A stretch of 57,324 nucleotides of DNA, counting the filler, from Malassezia furfur (Eukaryota), in assembly GCA_052055015.1 (NCBI GenBank). It is 3 parts of 3 records of this genome, joined end to end, with 100 filler letters (N's around TTAATTAATTAA, not from the genome) between each part and the next. Parts side by side here need not be neighbours in the genome. Positions count along the whole stretch, not along the records: positions 1 to 19,186 come from JBQJIT010000196.1; positions 19,287 to 38,338 come from JBQJIT010000197.1; 1 more part is not named here. One strand, given 5' to 3'. A model generated the notes under the pieces. That model saw nothing but the letters and a program-made list of their open reading frames with translations. It searched no databases and was not told where the DNA came from. Each line of letters begins with the position of its first letter. The first letter of the stretch is position 1. Both the position numbers and the translations under genes were made by a program. Shown one piece after another: positions 11,869 to 24,808 of the stretch.

Positions 11869-14328
11869 ATGGCGGACGAGAAACCAGAGCTGGGGGTGGA
11901 GGACTATTTCTACCACACCCCCGATATGCCTAGGGATGTGAGCCAGGATATCGAAACACCCCCCGCTGTTAACCCTCTCGAGGTTGCTCAAGCAAAGCAA
12001 GAGCTTCAAGAGATTGTTGATGAGCAGCTTGACGATCCCAACATGGACCACAACCTCGTTCATGATGCGGAGAAGGCCCTTGAGACGGGTGATGTAAAGC
12101 ATGAAGTCACTCTCGGTCAACTTATCGAAGAAGACTCGCCTTACATTGAGGTTCGTGCTGCGGTGAGCAACGTGGATGACCCCACCATGCCTGTCAACAC
12201 GTTCCGTGCTTGGTTTTTGGGTACGATCGTGAGCATTGTGGTGCCTGGTCTAAACCAATTTCTCTACTTCCGTTATCCTACCACGGGTATCGGTGCCTAT
12301 TGTGTTATCATTGTTATTTACCCGGTTGGCAAGTTCTTGGGGTGGGTGTTGCCGACACGAAAGTTCAAGACGCCGCTCGGAAGTTTCTCGCTGAACCCTG
12401 GCCCCTTCAACGTCAAAGAACATACGCTGATTTCGCTTATGACGATGATGTCTGCATCTTCGGCCTATGGATCGCAGATTCCCGCGGTGCAGAAGATCAC
12501 GTACAACATGTCGGATTATGGTTATGGTTATGGCATCCTTATCATTCTATCCACCCAGCTTGTTGGTCTTTCCTTCGCGAATCTCACGCGCCGGTTCCTC
12601 GTCTGGCCCGGATCAATGATTTGGCCTTCCAACCTTCCGACATGCACACTTCTGAATTCCCTGCACAATGTCCGGACTTCGGCAGGGATGAACGACTTCG
12701 GCATGTCGCGCTACAAATTCTTCTGGATTTCGGCTGGCATCTTCTTTGTGTACCAATTTTTCCCAACCTACATCTTTACGATGCTGAGTATTGGAAACTG
12801 GTTCTGCTTGATCGCGCCGAACAATGTCATTCTGAACCAAGTGCTCGGTACACAAAGTGGTCTCGGTCTCTTGCCATTCACCTTTGATTGGACGGTGATT
12901 ACTTACGCGGTTGCCCCATTGGCAACTCCTTGGTGGTCGCTGATGAACACGTTTTCCGGATTTATGATTTTCTTCGTGATTGTTTGCCCGATTGTGTATT
13001 ATTGCACGGGGTCTTGGTATGGCAAATACCTTCCGATGTTCTCCACGTCAACGTTTGATCGATTTGGTCAAGTTTACGACGTCCATCAAGTTGTGGACGA
13101 ACTTCCTGGAGGCGGCCTGGTCTTCAATCCTGACAAGTACAATGACTATTCGCTCCTTTATCTGCCTTCTGCTCTTGCTATCAGCTACATGCTGTCTTTC
13201 GCGTCCGTCACCAGTGTAATTGTGCATGTTGCACTGTTCAATGGCAAGTCGCTTTGGCGTCAATTACGCTCCGACCCTTCTACTTCTGCGGACATCCACA
13301 ACCGTTTGATGAGCAACTACAAGGAGGCGCCCTACCTCTGGTATGCGATCTTGTTTGTGGGATCCTTTTGCATGGGCGTTGGCGCTATTCATGGATGGGA
13401 TACCGGTATGAATGCAGGCCATTTCATTTTGGCGATTATTCTTGGTGCCATTTTCCTTGTACCGATCGGCGTCGTTACGGCCCTGACAAACCAGGAGGTC
13501 GGATTGAACATGATTGCAGAGCTTATCATTGGTTATCTTCATCCTGGCCACCCCATTGCCATGATGATTTTCAAGACGACCATGTATATGATTACGTCTC
13601 AAGGAATCAGCTTCATTTCTGACCAAAAGCTTGGTCATTATATGAAGATCCCGCCCAGGTCTGTATTCACCGCCCAGGTCTATGCAACCATTGTGAGTGG
13701 CTTTGTTCAACTTGCGGTGCAAATGTGGACGCTTTCAAACATCAAAGACGTTTGCACGCCTCACCAGATTGACAAGTTCAACTGCGCTTCGACCAAGGTC
13801 TTTGGTACTGCAAGCATCATTTGGGGTCTGATCGGCCCGTCCAAGACGTTCAGTTTCGGACGCCACTACCACACGCTGACTTATGCTTTCCTCTTTGGCG
13901 CACTTGCGCCCATTCCATTCTGGCTGCTCGCTAGGAGGTACCCGAACAGTATCTGGCGCTTTGTCAACATGCCTGCGCTGTTCAGTTCGACGGGCCTGAT
14001 TCCTCCGGCTACCGGCTACATGTACCTTGCTCCGACCATTATTGGGTTCTTTACGCAATATCTGTGGAAGCGCCGTGGACCTGCTTCTTGGTCCAAGTAC
14101 AACTACATCTTGTCGGCCTCACTTGCATCGGCATCGTCCATTGCTACGGTATTCATCTTTTTCACTCTGCAATATCCCAATGGTCCCAACAACGACTTCC
14201 TGGAGAATGGTTGGTGGGGCAACACGGCTTGGCAGAACACAGCGGATGCCAATCTAGTTCCTTACATTCAACTGCCCGACGGTGTTGCATTCACAGGAAC
14301 GCCGCGAGAATTGGGCCAGATGGCGTAA
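11869..14328 (+). CDS. Oligopeptide transporter, OPT family (copy 1)
   Basis: 819 aa; EDSPYIEVRAAV, NPGPFNVKEH and DQKLGHYMKIPPR signatures. Confidence 0.95.
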   Translation: MADEKPELGVEDYFYHTPDMPRDVSQDIETPPAVNPLEVAQAKQELQEIVDEQLDDPNMDHNLVHDAEKALETGDVKHEVTLGQLIEEDSPYIEVRAAVSNVDDPTMPVNTFRAWFLGTIVSIVVPGLNQFLYFRYPTTGIGAYCVIIVIYPVGKFLGWVLPTRKFKTPLGSFSLNPGPFNVKEHTLISLMTMMSASSAYGSQIPAVQKITYNMSDYGYGYGILIILSTQLVGLSFANLTRRFLVWPGSMIWPSNLPTCTLLNSLHNVRTSAGMNDFGMSRYKFFWISAGIFFVYQFFPTYIFTMLSIGNWFCLIAPNNVILNQVLGTQSGLGLLPFTFDWTVITYAVAPLATPWWSLMNTFSGFMIFFVIVCPIVYYCTGSWYGKYLPMFSTSTFDRFGQVYDVHQVVDELPGGGLVFNPDKYNDYSLLYLPSALAISYMLSFASVTSVIVHVALFNGKSLWRQLRSDPSTSADIHNRLMSNYKEAPYLWYAILFVGSFCMGVGAIHGWDTGMNAGHFILAIILGAIFLVPIGVVTALTNQEVGLNMIAELIIGYLHPGHPIAMMIFKTTMYMITSQGISFISDQKLGHYMKIPPRSVFTAQVYATIVSGFVQLAVQMWTLSNIKDVCTPHQIDKFNCASTKVFGTASIIWGLIGPSKTFSFGRHYHTLTYAFLFGALAPIPFWLLARRYPNSIWRFVNMPALFSSTGLIPPATGYMYLAPTIIGFFTQYLWKRRGPASWSKYNYILSASLASASSIATVFIFFTLQYPNGPNNDFLENGWWGNTAWQNTADANLVPYIQLPDGVAFTGTPRELGQMA

Positions 14329-14833
14329 TTGCCTGTCCTTCCTGGCATATTCTATAAGGGGTGATATGATATGGGAATATGTGTGCAAGGGAATATTCTT
14401 GGAACGACCTCGGGTTCAAGGAGTCTAATCTCGACATCTTGCGAATACATAGATGCCTGAAGAGGCTTCTTGCGTGAGCAACAAATTTTACGATTACGCC
14501 GCAATCAGCATCACCGATATGCAAACGCCCAAGGCCAATGATCCGCGCCCGCCAATCTACTATATACGCCCCGCATTTTGGTCCATTAAATGCGTGTGCC
14601 GGATTGGCGGAATTTGGCTCAGGGGCGTCAGTTCAAATCTCCTAGTGCTGCGCATATCACTCGAATGAGCAAATCGAGGGAGATATGCTGACTAATCTAT
14701 ACGACATGTTATCAGTTTGATACGATGGGGTGCATGGCTGCTATCGAAAGCTGAGGCTGCCTTGATCTTTAAAAGCCGGGAAGAATCTTTGGTTTCTGGC
14801 AAGCTACCAGCTTCATTCTTTCTCTAATTCAAC

Positions 14834-17287
14834 ATGGCGGACGAGAAAGCAGAGCTCGCAGGGGATGAGTACTTTTACCATCCGCCCGCCGTGGAGGAGG
14901 CCGCCGAGCAGGTCACCCCTGCCGACCTCAACCAGCACGAGATCGCGCAAGCCGAGCATGAGCTTGGGGATATCGTGGATGACCGCATCGATGACCCCAA
15001 CATGGACGCCGACCTTGTCCATGATGCAGAGAAGGCGCTTGAGACGGGCGATGTGAAGCACGAGGTGACCCTGGGTCATCTCATTGAAGAGGACTCGCCG
15101 TATGTGGAAGTCCGTGCTGCCGTCAGCAATGTGGACGATCCCTCGATGCCTGTCAACACGTTCCGTGCATGGTTCCTGGGAACTATTGCCGTGATTGTCG
15201 TTCCTGGTCTGAACCAATTCCTGTACCTGCGTTACCCCAGTACGACCGTGTCGGGCTACTGTGTTATCATCTTCGTGTACCCCATGGGTACGTTCCTGGC
15301 ATGAACTCTTCCCAAGTACACTTTCAAGACTCGCCTCGGTAATTTCTCGTTAAACCCGGGTCCCTTCAATGTCAAGGAACATTCACTGATTTCGATCATG
15401 GCGCTCATGTCGTATCAATCCGCGTACGCTGCCGGTATCCCTGCCGTGCAAAGGTTCACGCTCGGTGTCGGTGACTACGGCTTTGGCTACGGTGTTCTCT
15501 TGATCCTCAGCACGCAGCTTCTGGGTCTTGCCTTTGCGTCGTTCTGCCGTCGCTTCCTGGTTTGGCCGTCTACGATGATTTGGCCTAACAATTTGCCGAA
15601 AGCGACGCTTCTTAACTCGCTGCACAATGTCAAGACCACGGATGGAGTGAACTTTACAGGGATGTCGCGCTACAAATTCTTCTGGATTGTATTCACGGTG
15701 CTCTTCTTCTACCAGTTCTTCCCGACGTACATCTTTACGCTGCTGAGTATCGGTAACTGGTTCTGTATCGCGGCGCCGAACAATGTCATTCTGAACCAGA
15801 TGCTCGGCACGCAGAGTGGTCTCAGTCTGCTGCCTTTGACCTTTGACTGGACGGTGATTGCCTATGTGGTGGACCCCTTGGCGACGCCGTGGTGGTCGCT
15901 GGCCAATCTTCTCGGTGGTTTCATCGTTTTCTTTGTCATTGCGTGCCCCTTCGTTTACTACTATACCGATTCGTGGTATGGAAAGTATCTGCCCATGTTC
16001 TCGACTTCGTCCTTTGATCGATTTGGGCAGTCTTACGAGGTCAGCCAGGTGGTCGACAAACTTCCGGGTGGTGGTATGGTGTTCAATGCGGACAAGTACA
16101 ACAACTACTCGCTTATTTACCTTCCGTCTGCCCTGACGATTAGCTACATGCTTTCGTTTGCATCGGTCACGGGCGTGTTGGTCCATGTGGGTTTGTTCCA
16201 CGGCAAGTCGCTGTACCGCCAACTGCGTACCTCGCCGATGGCGGCGACGGACATTCACAACCGCCTGATGAGCAACTACAAAGAAGCGCCCTACTTGTGG
16301 TACTTCGTCTTGTTCGTGGCAGCCTTTGCCATGGGCGTTGGTGGTATCCATGGATGGGAGACGGGTATGAATGCGGGCCACTTTGTCCTCGCGATTGTGA
16401 TCGGTGCTGTGTTCATGATTCCAATTGGTGTCATCATGGCGCTGTCGAACATGGAAGTCGGTCTGAACATGATTTCGGAGCTGATTATTGGTTACATGAA
16501 CCCTGGTCACCCCATTGGCATGATGATCTTCAAGACGACCATGTACATGATCACCTACCAAGGCATTCAATTCATCCAGGACCAGAAGCTTGCGCACTAC
16601 ATGAAGGTGCCGCCGCGTTCGGTGTTCATGGCGCAGGTTTACGCCACTGCGGTCGGTGGTGTTGTGCAGCTGGCTGTGCAGACGTGGGCCTTCTCCAACA
16701 TTAACGAAATCTGCACTGCTCACCAAATTGACAAGTTCAACTGTGCTTCGTACAAGGTGTTTGGTACGGCCAGTATCATTTGGGGTCTGATTGGACCGGC
16801 CAAGTCGTTCAGCGTTGGCCGCCACTACGCCCACCTGATGTACGGCTTCCTGTTCGGTGCGGTGGCCCCTATCCCCATCTGGCTGCTCGCCAAGAAATAC
16901 CCCAAGAGCCTCTGGCGTATGGTCAACATGCCCGTTATCTTCACTGGTACTGGTAACATTCCCCCCGCGACTGGTGTCAACTACCTTCCTGCCATTCTCA
17001 TTGGCTTCTTCACGCAATTCATCTGGAAGCGCAGGCACTCGCTTTCGTGGTCCAAGTACAACTATATTCTGTCGGCTGCGCTCAACGCCGCCTCGGCAGT
17101 TGCTACGGTGTTCATCTTCTTCACGCTGCAATACCCCAATGGTCCCAACGAGGACTTCCTCAACAATGGCTGGTGGGGCAACTCGGCGTGGCAGAACACG
17201 GCGGACTACAATGGTACCGCGTACATTCAGCTCCCTGATGGGCAGGCGTTCACTGGCACGCCTTTGGAACTCGGCCAAACTGCATAA
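14834..17287 (+). pseudogene. OPT family transporter (copy 2) interrupted by one in-frame TGA (15302-15304) at a Trp codon position; status uncertain
   Basis: Colinear with copy 1: GKFLGWVLPTRKFKT versus GTFLA*TLPKYTFKT. Frame is unchanged across the stop and all OPT motifs are intact. Confidence 0.8.
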
Positions 17288-17564
17288 TGGGAAAAAAGAT
17301 CAAGGAAACAATTTCATTTCACATGATTATGTAGGACGGGTGTCTAGTAATGGACAAAACGTTTCGCAACGCATTAAGTTAGGCCTATCTTTGGGTATCC
17401 ACGCGGTGTCTAGGATCGACGTGTCATGCAGGAGCGCCAAGCCAACGAGCGCGCGCGCTCCGCACGACCCAGGGTCCAATTACTTAAGCACGCATAGGGC
17501 TCACTTGGGTCGCCAAGGCCGAGGTTGGGGTGCCGATCCGCGTAGACAGTGACACGACGACACG

Positions 17565-19186
17565 ATGGGCGAGGCGGCCCAGTCGTTCTTTACGGCGGGT
17601 TTCCCGTGTTATTTGGAGCCGCTACCGATTCTCAGCTATGCCGTGGTGCCTGCCGGTGACGAAGAGACGAGCGATTCGGAAGACGAGCTGAGTGCCGGAC
17701 AGGGCATGCGACTCCAGCCCGAGCTGACGTCGTGCGACGCCCAGCCGTGGCCTGTGATTGCGCGCGAGCTGCAGACCGAGTCGTTCCAGCATGCGGTCGC
17801 GTGCTGGGCCAAGATCTTTGTGCTGCTGGACGCAGCGGACCCCGATACGCACTTTTCGGCGCTGCGCCGCTTCTTTGACGCGCGGCTGCCGGCGACAGAC
17901 GAGGGCGGGCGCAGCTCGCCTGTGGACGAGCGGGTGCTGTCGGCATCGCCGACGAATGAGCGCGATGCGTTCGGGAGCGGTGTGGAGCGGCGCAGCTCGT
18001 TTGTCGCGCCGCACCGCTTCTCGCGGCGGATGCAGTGGACGCGGCGTCCGTCGCTGCCCGCGGGCGGCAGTGCGCGGTCGCCCGAGGCGTCGGTCCCGCC
18101 GCTGCCGCGCTCGTTGTTTGGCACGGCACGCCGCGGCTCGCGGCGTGCGGCCGCGTCTGAGACGGGCACGTCGACCGAGATGTACGATCTGTGGGTCGCC
18201 CCCCCAGACGACGACCACGCGCGGTGTGTGCCGTTCAGTGTGCGTTTGGACTTGCATAGTGTGCATTTGGCGCCGCCGCCGCCCGGTGTGCGGCGCAAGC
18301 GCGGCGGCTCCACGCTCGTGTTTACGCGGATCGGCGGCGAGGAGGGCGAGGGGTCGACGAGCACGCCGAGCCACGACGAGGCGCCCGTGGTGGAGGCGCC
18401 TGCGCCGAGCGGCCCGCGGCGCTCGTTTGTGAACCGCATGCTCGACCGCCATCTGCGCCGCGGGAGCCACACGCAGGCGCCCGGCTCGACACCCCCTCGC
18501 GAGTGGATGCGCCCTGGCAGCGAGCCGCTCGATCCGTACGCGCCCGAGAACGCCGAGGCGGTCGACTCGGACGACGAGTTGGACCGGCGCGATGCGGAGC
18601 GTGCGTGGCCGTTCGGTGCGCGGCGTGGCTCGGGCGGGAGCCATGCGGCGCGCGCGACGCCGACCGCGGCGGTGCACAGCGAGCTCGGCCGGCTCGAGGA
18701 AGACTCGCTGTGGGAGTCCGGGGGCGAGTGGTCGTCGACGCGGCGCGGCGCGACGCCCGCGCTCGACGACGATGTGCCCGACGTCGCGGACGGCGAGGAC
18801 CTGCTGTCGCTGCTGCGTGCCGGCTCGGCGTGTGTGCTGCAGCCTGGCGCGCAGCAGCACGAGCCCGCGTGGAACCGGGACGTGAACGACGCGCTGCCTG
18901 CGGTGCTGTCGTGTGCGATGGCACAGGCGTTTGGGTGGGAAGGCATTCTGCATCTGTGCTACGGCCCGGGGAGTCTGTGTGCGCAGGAGCAGATGTATGC
19001 CCCCCTCGGCCGGGCGGCCGACCTGGACTCGCACCTGCGCCAGAAGTTTGACGCGGTGCTGTCGTGGCGGAGCAACGTGACGCAGGGCGCGGGCGTCGAC
19101 GAGGCGCCGCCGCCCGCCGCGGACGTGCAGGCGCTCTCGCTGCAGTCCGCCGACGAGGCCGCGTCGTTTGCGACGGGCGTCTCGGC
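17565..19186 (+). CDS. Hypothetical protein, truncated by contig end
   Basis: Open frame of >540 codons from ATG with GC3-rich codon use; family not recognised. Confidence 0.7.
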
Positions 19187-19286
19187 NNNNNNNNNNNNNN
19201 NNNNNNNNNNNNNNNNNNNNNNNNNNNNNNTTAATTAATTAANNNNNNNNNNNNNNNNNNNNNNNNNNNNNNNNNNNNNNNNNNNN
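19187..19286. other. Artificial contig linker (N44-TTAATTAATTAA-N44)
   Basis: Six-frame stop spacer between N runs. Confidence 0.97.
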
Positions 19287-22200
19287 TGATGCCCATCGCC
19301 GCGTGCATGCGCACGGGGCTCGGCGACTTGGTCGCGACGGTCAGCGGGTACACGAGCGCCTGCGGGTGCGCCGTGCCGACGTCCGCGAGCAGGTGGTGGA
19401 TGAGGCGGCGCACGCGCGGCGACGGCGCCGAGATGCGCGCGATCATCTGCGGGATCACCTCGAGCCACGTGTCCACCGACACGCACGCAAAGCCCTGGCG
19501 CACCGCGTCGGCGATGTGCTCGAGGTGCCCAAACTTGAACCAGAGCGTGAGCAGGCGCAGCGTGTCCTGCAGCGAGTTGCCGCTCGCGAGCGCGATCGAG
19601 CGGAAGAAGCCGTGCACGCTCGGCACGATGCTCGCCGCGACCTCGTGGAAGGGGATCGCCTCGCCGCGCCGCTCGTGGTGCGTGATGACGTCAAAGTTGG
19701 ACAGCGCCCAGGCGTGCCACGCCTTGTACCAGTCGCGGTCGAGCTCGGTGGCGCGCTTGTACGAGTGGATCACGTCGCAGTTGTCGTCGCTCACCCACTC
19801 GTCGTTGAGCGCGACCTGCCACTCGCCGAGCTTGAAGTAGCACCGCGCGAGCAGCCGCGCAAACTCGGCGAGGCGCGGCGACGCACGCAGGTCGGGCAGC
19901 ACGAGGTTCTCGTGCTCGTCGACGGTCGCCATGCCGAGGTCCTCGGCGAGGTTCGCGGTGAAGTCGCGCAGGTAGCTCAGCGACTCGCCCTTGGCGCCGT
20001 ACGCCCACATGAACTTGAGGTGCGAGTAGATCACCGCGGGCGGCGCCTTGGGCCCGAGCGTCGACGCGTCCATCTGCGACGCGTTCGCGTCCGGGCCGAG
20101 CAGCGAGTTGAGCGTCTTCTCGGCGAGCACCATGCGCCCCGACTTGCGGCACAGGTTCGCAAACTTGATCCACGTCTCGGTGTCGTCCGCGGGCGTGATC
20201 ACGATGCTGCGCACCGACAAAATGCGCTGCCACACCTCCACGTCCAGCTCGCAGCCCTGCAGGCGCTTCATCCAGATCGCGCGCAGCAGCGCCTGGCGGT
20301 CTGGCTGGTCCGCGTAGTCGAGCTTGTACGCGAGCGCCTCCTCGAGCTCCGAGAGCATCTGCGTGCGCACCATCAGGTCGTACGCACGCCCGTAGCTCTC
20401 GCTGATGAGCGCCGTCAGCTCGTGGTCGAGCGCGTCGCGCGCGCGCGCAATCAGCCGCTTGGTCTGCACGCGCTGCGAGCGGTGCACGGCGAGCACCGCG
20501 CGGTAGAAGCTGCGCTCGGACGAGTCGGGGCGCATCGCCGCAATGAACTCGTCCATCATGTCCCACTGCCCGAACGACCACGCGGCGGCGGCCGCGAGCG
20601 GCGCCATCTTGCGCCGCCCGTCGGCGTTCGCGAGCGGCCACTTCTCCTGGACGAGCTCGGTGAGGTGCTCCCACTCGCCGAGTGCGTGCAGGCAGCGCAT
20701 CTGCCCAAACACCGTCTCGAGGTTCTCGGGGTGCTCCTTGGCGCGGCGGTCGTACGCGGCGAGCGCCTCCTCCCAGCGGTGCAGCTTCTCGTACCATTCC
20801 TCGTGGTGCGTGATGTGCATGTGCTCGCGCGCGTACGTCAGCGCGCCGAACGCCGCGTCGGACTGCTGCAGCTTCGTGTTGATGTCGATCAGCAGCTCGA
20901 CGATCTGTGGCGAGGCGTCCGCCATGAACTCGGCCTCCTTGTAGTGCAGTGCCTTGGCGTACGAGTGGAACTTGTACGCGCGGTCGCCGAGCAGCCGGAT
21001 CGAGATCGGCAGCGCCTTGTCGTCGTGCTCCATGAACTCGGTCAGGTTCAGCAGCGCGTGCACCACCTGGTCGGGGATGTCGGGCGCGTCGAGCGCCACC
21101 TCGATCGCGCGCACAAGCGACTCCTGGTAGCTGTCGTACAGCTCCACCCAGCACGACACAAAGCCCGCGTTGAACAGCTCGAGCGCCAGCGGGTGGTACA
21201 CCTCGGCGAGCGAGCGGCACGCGCGCAGCGCATGCGACGGCGACTCGCGCAAAAACTCGACGGCCATGCGCCGCAGCCACTCGCGCCAGTCCTGCGCCGT
21301 GGAGATCCGCGACGTGTCCCACGCGGCCTTGAGGTGCGCCTGGTTCACCGCCATCTTGGACGCCTCGGCGAGCGGCGCCTCCTCGGTCTTGTCGGCCGAC
21401 AGCATGCTCGGCGGCAGCAGGTCGAGCGGCGGCGTCTCGCCCGCAAGGATCTTGGTGATTACCTGCTGGTACCGCGGGTGCACGATGCGCTGCTGCACCG
21501 TCGTCTTGTGCACCACGGCGATGAACGTGGCGTACGTCGGGCCCAGCAGCACCGCGAGCGCCGTGAGCGTGTCCATCGCGGGCGTGCGCAGCTCGGTCGC
21601 GGGCGACTGCAGCACGCGCAGCAGCGGGTGGATCACGCGCGACACCTGGTCGCCCAAATTCACCTTGCGCGAGAGCTGCCCCACGGTGAGGATCGCCGCG
21701 CGGCGCACGGGCAGCGGCGCGTCGGCGCGCTCGTACAGCGTGACGATCACGGGCAGGACGAGGTGCATGTACTCCTCGAGGTTCGCGCCGAACACGTTGA
21801 GCGCCTGCAGCATGCGCAGCACCATCGGCTGGCGCTTCGGCGTGACCTCGCCGCCGAGCGTCTGCAGCAGGTTGGGCAGCAGCTGCGGCAGGTACGCCTT
21901 GAACTCGCCCTCGAGCGCGCGCGCAATCGCCTCCATCAGCGCGACGATCGTCAGCTGGATGTTCGCGTTCGGGTCCCAGTCCTCCTGCACGAGCGCAAAG
22001 ATGTCGCCGAGGTAGTTGCGCACGTGCTGCTTGATGATCGAGATGAGGATCGCGAGCTGCTGGTAGTAGAACTCGCTCAGCCCGCCGCCGCACGTGCGGA
22101 TCACCTTGAGGAACACGGGCACGATCTGCGGCAGAAACGCGACGCACTTCAGCCCCTGCGTCTTGAACATGTACATGATCGCCTCGATCGCCGCGTGGTG

Positions 22201-24808
22201 GTGCGCCGACAGCGCGGGGTCGTTCAGGATGGTGATCAGCGCCTCGATCGCCACGTTCTGGTAGTACTCGTCCGTGCTCGTGCCGATCATCGTCGCGAGC
22301 TCAAACAGATCCGTCGTGCCCGCCGGGCCGCCCGCGGACGTCGCCGAGACCGTGTTCGACTCGAGCCCGTTCTCGAGCAGCTTGTGCCGGTACGGGTCGA
22401 GCGCGCCGAGGATGCCGAGCACGCGGATCGTCTCGCGGCGCACGGGCGGCGCCTGCTCCGTCTTGAGGATCTTGACCATCGAGCCGAGCAGCGTGGGGTA
22501 CGCCAGGTACGGGTTCATCACGTACCCCGTGTTGCTCGCGATGCGCCCGAGCGTCTTGAGCGCCGCGTCGCGCTTGGCCAGCGACGAGTGCACCGGCACG
22601 CTCGAGAGCTGCGTCACGGTGAGCGACACGAGCTCGTCGAGGTGCGGCTTGAGCTCCTCGCCGCCGACGCGCGCGAGCTCGCCGAGGCACTCGAGCACCC
22701 GCGCCGACACGCCGGGGTGCGGGTCGTTGGCCTTCGGCAGGAGCACCTCGAGGATCGTCAGCGCGTAGCTCTTCACGAGGCGCTGCGACGCCTTGACCAC
22801 GCCGGTGAGCAGCTTGGCGATCTCCTCCTTGTGCCGGCTCGCCGTCGAGTACTCCAGGCCGGTGAGCAGCTGGATGAGCACCTTGCGCAGCGACGGCATG
22901 ACGTAGGCGGGGTTGTGCTTCGCGAGGCGGCCGAGGATGCCGATCGCCACCTCGCGCACCGCAAACTCCTCGTCGTTTAGCGCGATAAAGATGGAGCGGA
23001 TGTACTCGGTCTGCGCGAGGTGCCGGTCAAAGTGCTCGTCCAGCACACTCAGCACCGTGTACCGCAGCTCCGCGTCGGGGTCCGCGATCGCAACCGTGAT
23101 GAGCTTGTCGAGCACGTCGTTGAACACCTCGATCGCGTGCATGCTCGTCTGGTAGCAGATCGGGTCGTTGACAAACATGTGCGCGCACGTCACCGCCGCG
23201 GCCTTGCGCACCTCCTTCGACTCGAGCTCGAGGTACGGCAGCGTCGCGTCGCGCACAAACTCGTTCAGGATGTGCCCGCTGAAGTCGAACGAGCCCAGCG
23301 TCTGCAGCGCAACGGTGAGCAGCTCGGCGCCCTTCGCGTCCGGCGCATTGTTGATCACAAACGGCTGCACCGGCGTCCGCCGCGGGAGCGGCGCACCGAG
23401 CGGCCGGTACGGCACGCCGATCAGGATGTGCGACAGCATGTGCAGCAGGCGCTCCTGCACGATCGGCAGCAGCGTCGGGATCGCCTGCACGATCTGCTCG
23501 AGCGCAGACACCAGCGCGGTGCTCAGCCCGCACGCAAACATCATGTCGAGCATGTCGTGCACGTCGCGCTCCACCACGTCGCCGACCGCCGCGACGAGGT
23601 GCCCGATGCAGAAGAACGTCGGCGCCTCGGGCGGCGCATTCTTCTTGCCCTTCATCTGCAGCGACTCGCGCGCGGCCTGCATGATCGGCTCCACGAACGG
23701 CGCCATCTTGGGGCCCATCGCGGTCGACACCAGGCCGATCGCCTCGAGCGTGTCGCTGTACGCCTCCTTCGTCGACTGGTTCCGCTCGCGCCCGAGCTGC
23801 TCAATGAGCGCATGCATCACCGGGCCGAGGTACTCGTCGGCAAAGTACTGCGGGTCGTACGCGGCGAGCACCGGGATCAGGTTCGTCACCGTGCGCTTGA
23901 TCAGCGGGTCGCGGTGCCGGTGCAGGCGCAGAATCAGCTCGCACGTTCGGTGCAGCCGCGTGCGCATAAACGTCTTCGAGTGGCGCAGCAGCTTGAGGAT
24001 CGCCAGCAGGCTGCCGTGGATCGTGTCGACCGAGGCGTCCTTGAGGCCCTGCTCGGCCTCGTCGTAGATCGTCTCGTACGCCTGCGTACCCATCTGCTTC
24101 TCGCGCTTCGAGATGATCTGGAAACACGCGCCGAGCGCCTCCGCGGCCGCCTCGCGCACCGCGACTTTCGGGTCGCGCAGCGCGACCCAGATGTGGTCAA
24201 TCACACGTCCGACGTAGGCATGGAACAGGTACGGCACGTTGCGCGCGATCTCTTTGATGATCAGCACCGCCGCATACCGCCCGTTCTCGTTGCGGTCGCC
24301 CTGCAGGAAGTCGAGCGCACGCAGCACCTCGAACTCGATAAACTGGTCGCCCAGCGAGTGCCCACCGTGCTTCGACACGCGGCCCAGCACCTTGGCCGCG
24401 GCAATCATCACCTGCGGGTCATTGCACGGCAGGTTCGGCTTGAGATATTGGTAGAAGCGGTACAGCCGTGCGCTGTTGTCCTCGCTCTCGAGCCCAATAA
24501 AGTTCTCGATCGCGGTGATGCCCCCGAGCTTGCTCGCGGTCTGCACGCTGTGGGTGAGCTCGATGATGCGGCGGTTCAGCTCATTGTTGAATGCCTGGAG
24601 CCGCTCGCCCTTGAGCTCCGAGGTCATGTACGACGCAAAGCTCCCGAGCTCCTTGCCCGCCTTCGCACGCGTGTCCTTGTCGCTGGGTGAGCCGTCGTGT
24701 GACGTACCGGCTCTTGAGCTCTGTGAAGATCCGCGACAATGTCTCGGACGGCTGCATCGACTGTGACACGACAGACGGTGAGCTCGTGATCGACATGGGG
24801 GAGATCAT
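19287..24808 (-). CDS. TOR1: TOR kinase (HEAT repeats and FAT domain; FRB and kinase lost at contig end); 25-nt intron 24683-24707
   Basis: Motifs LRESPSHALRAC, YAKALHYKE, LQDTLRLLTLWF and HPQALVYPLTVA. Intron GTACGT..CTCAC.CCAG joins ELKSR/DKDTR in frame. Start ATG is 24808 or 24796. Confidence 0.95.

Noticed and set aside
15288..15316. GTACGT...AAG 29-nt intron that might remove the OPT stop
   Set aside because: It would shift the frame, has no branch motif, and would delete residues colinear with the paralog.
19231..19242. TTAATTAATTAA palindrome (also 38383-38394)
   Set aside because: Artificial six-frame stop linker. Gene adjacency across it and the TOR truncation are not biological.
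19303..24690. Very long + strand ORFs opposite TOR (and similar ones opposite OPT, CAR2, the deacetylases and CEG1)
   Set aside because: Expected from high GC3 codon bias; no protein-like motifs.
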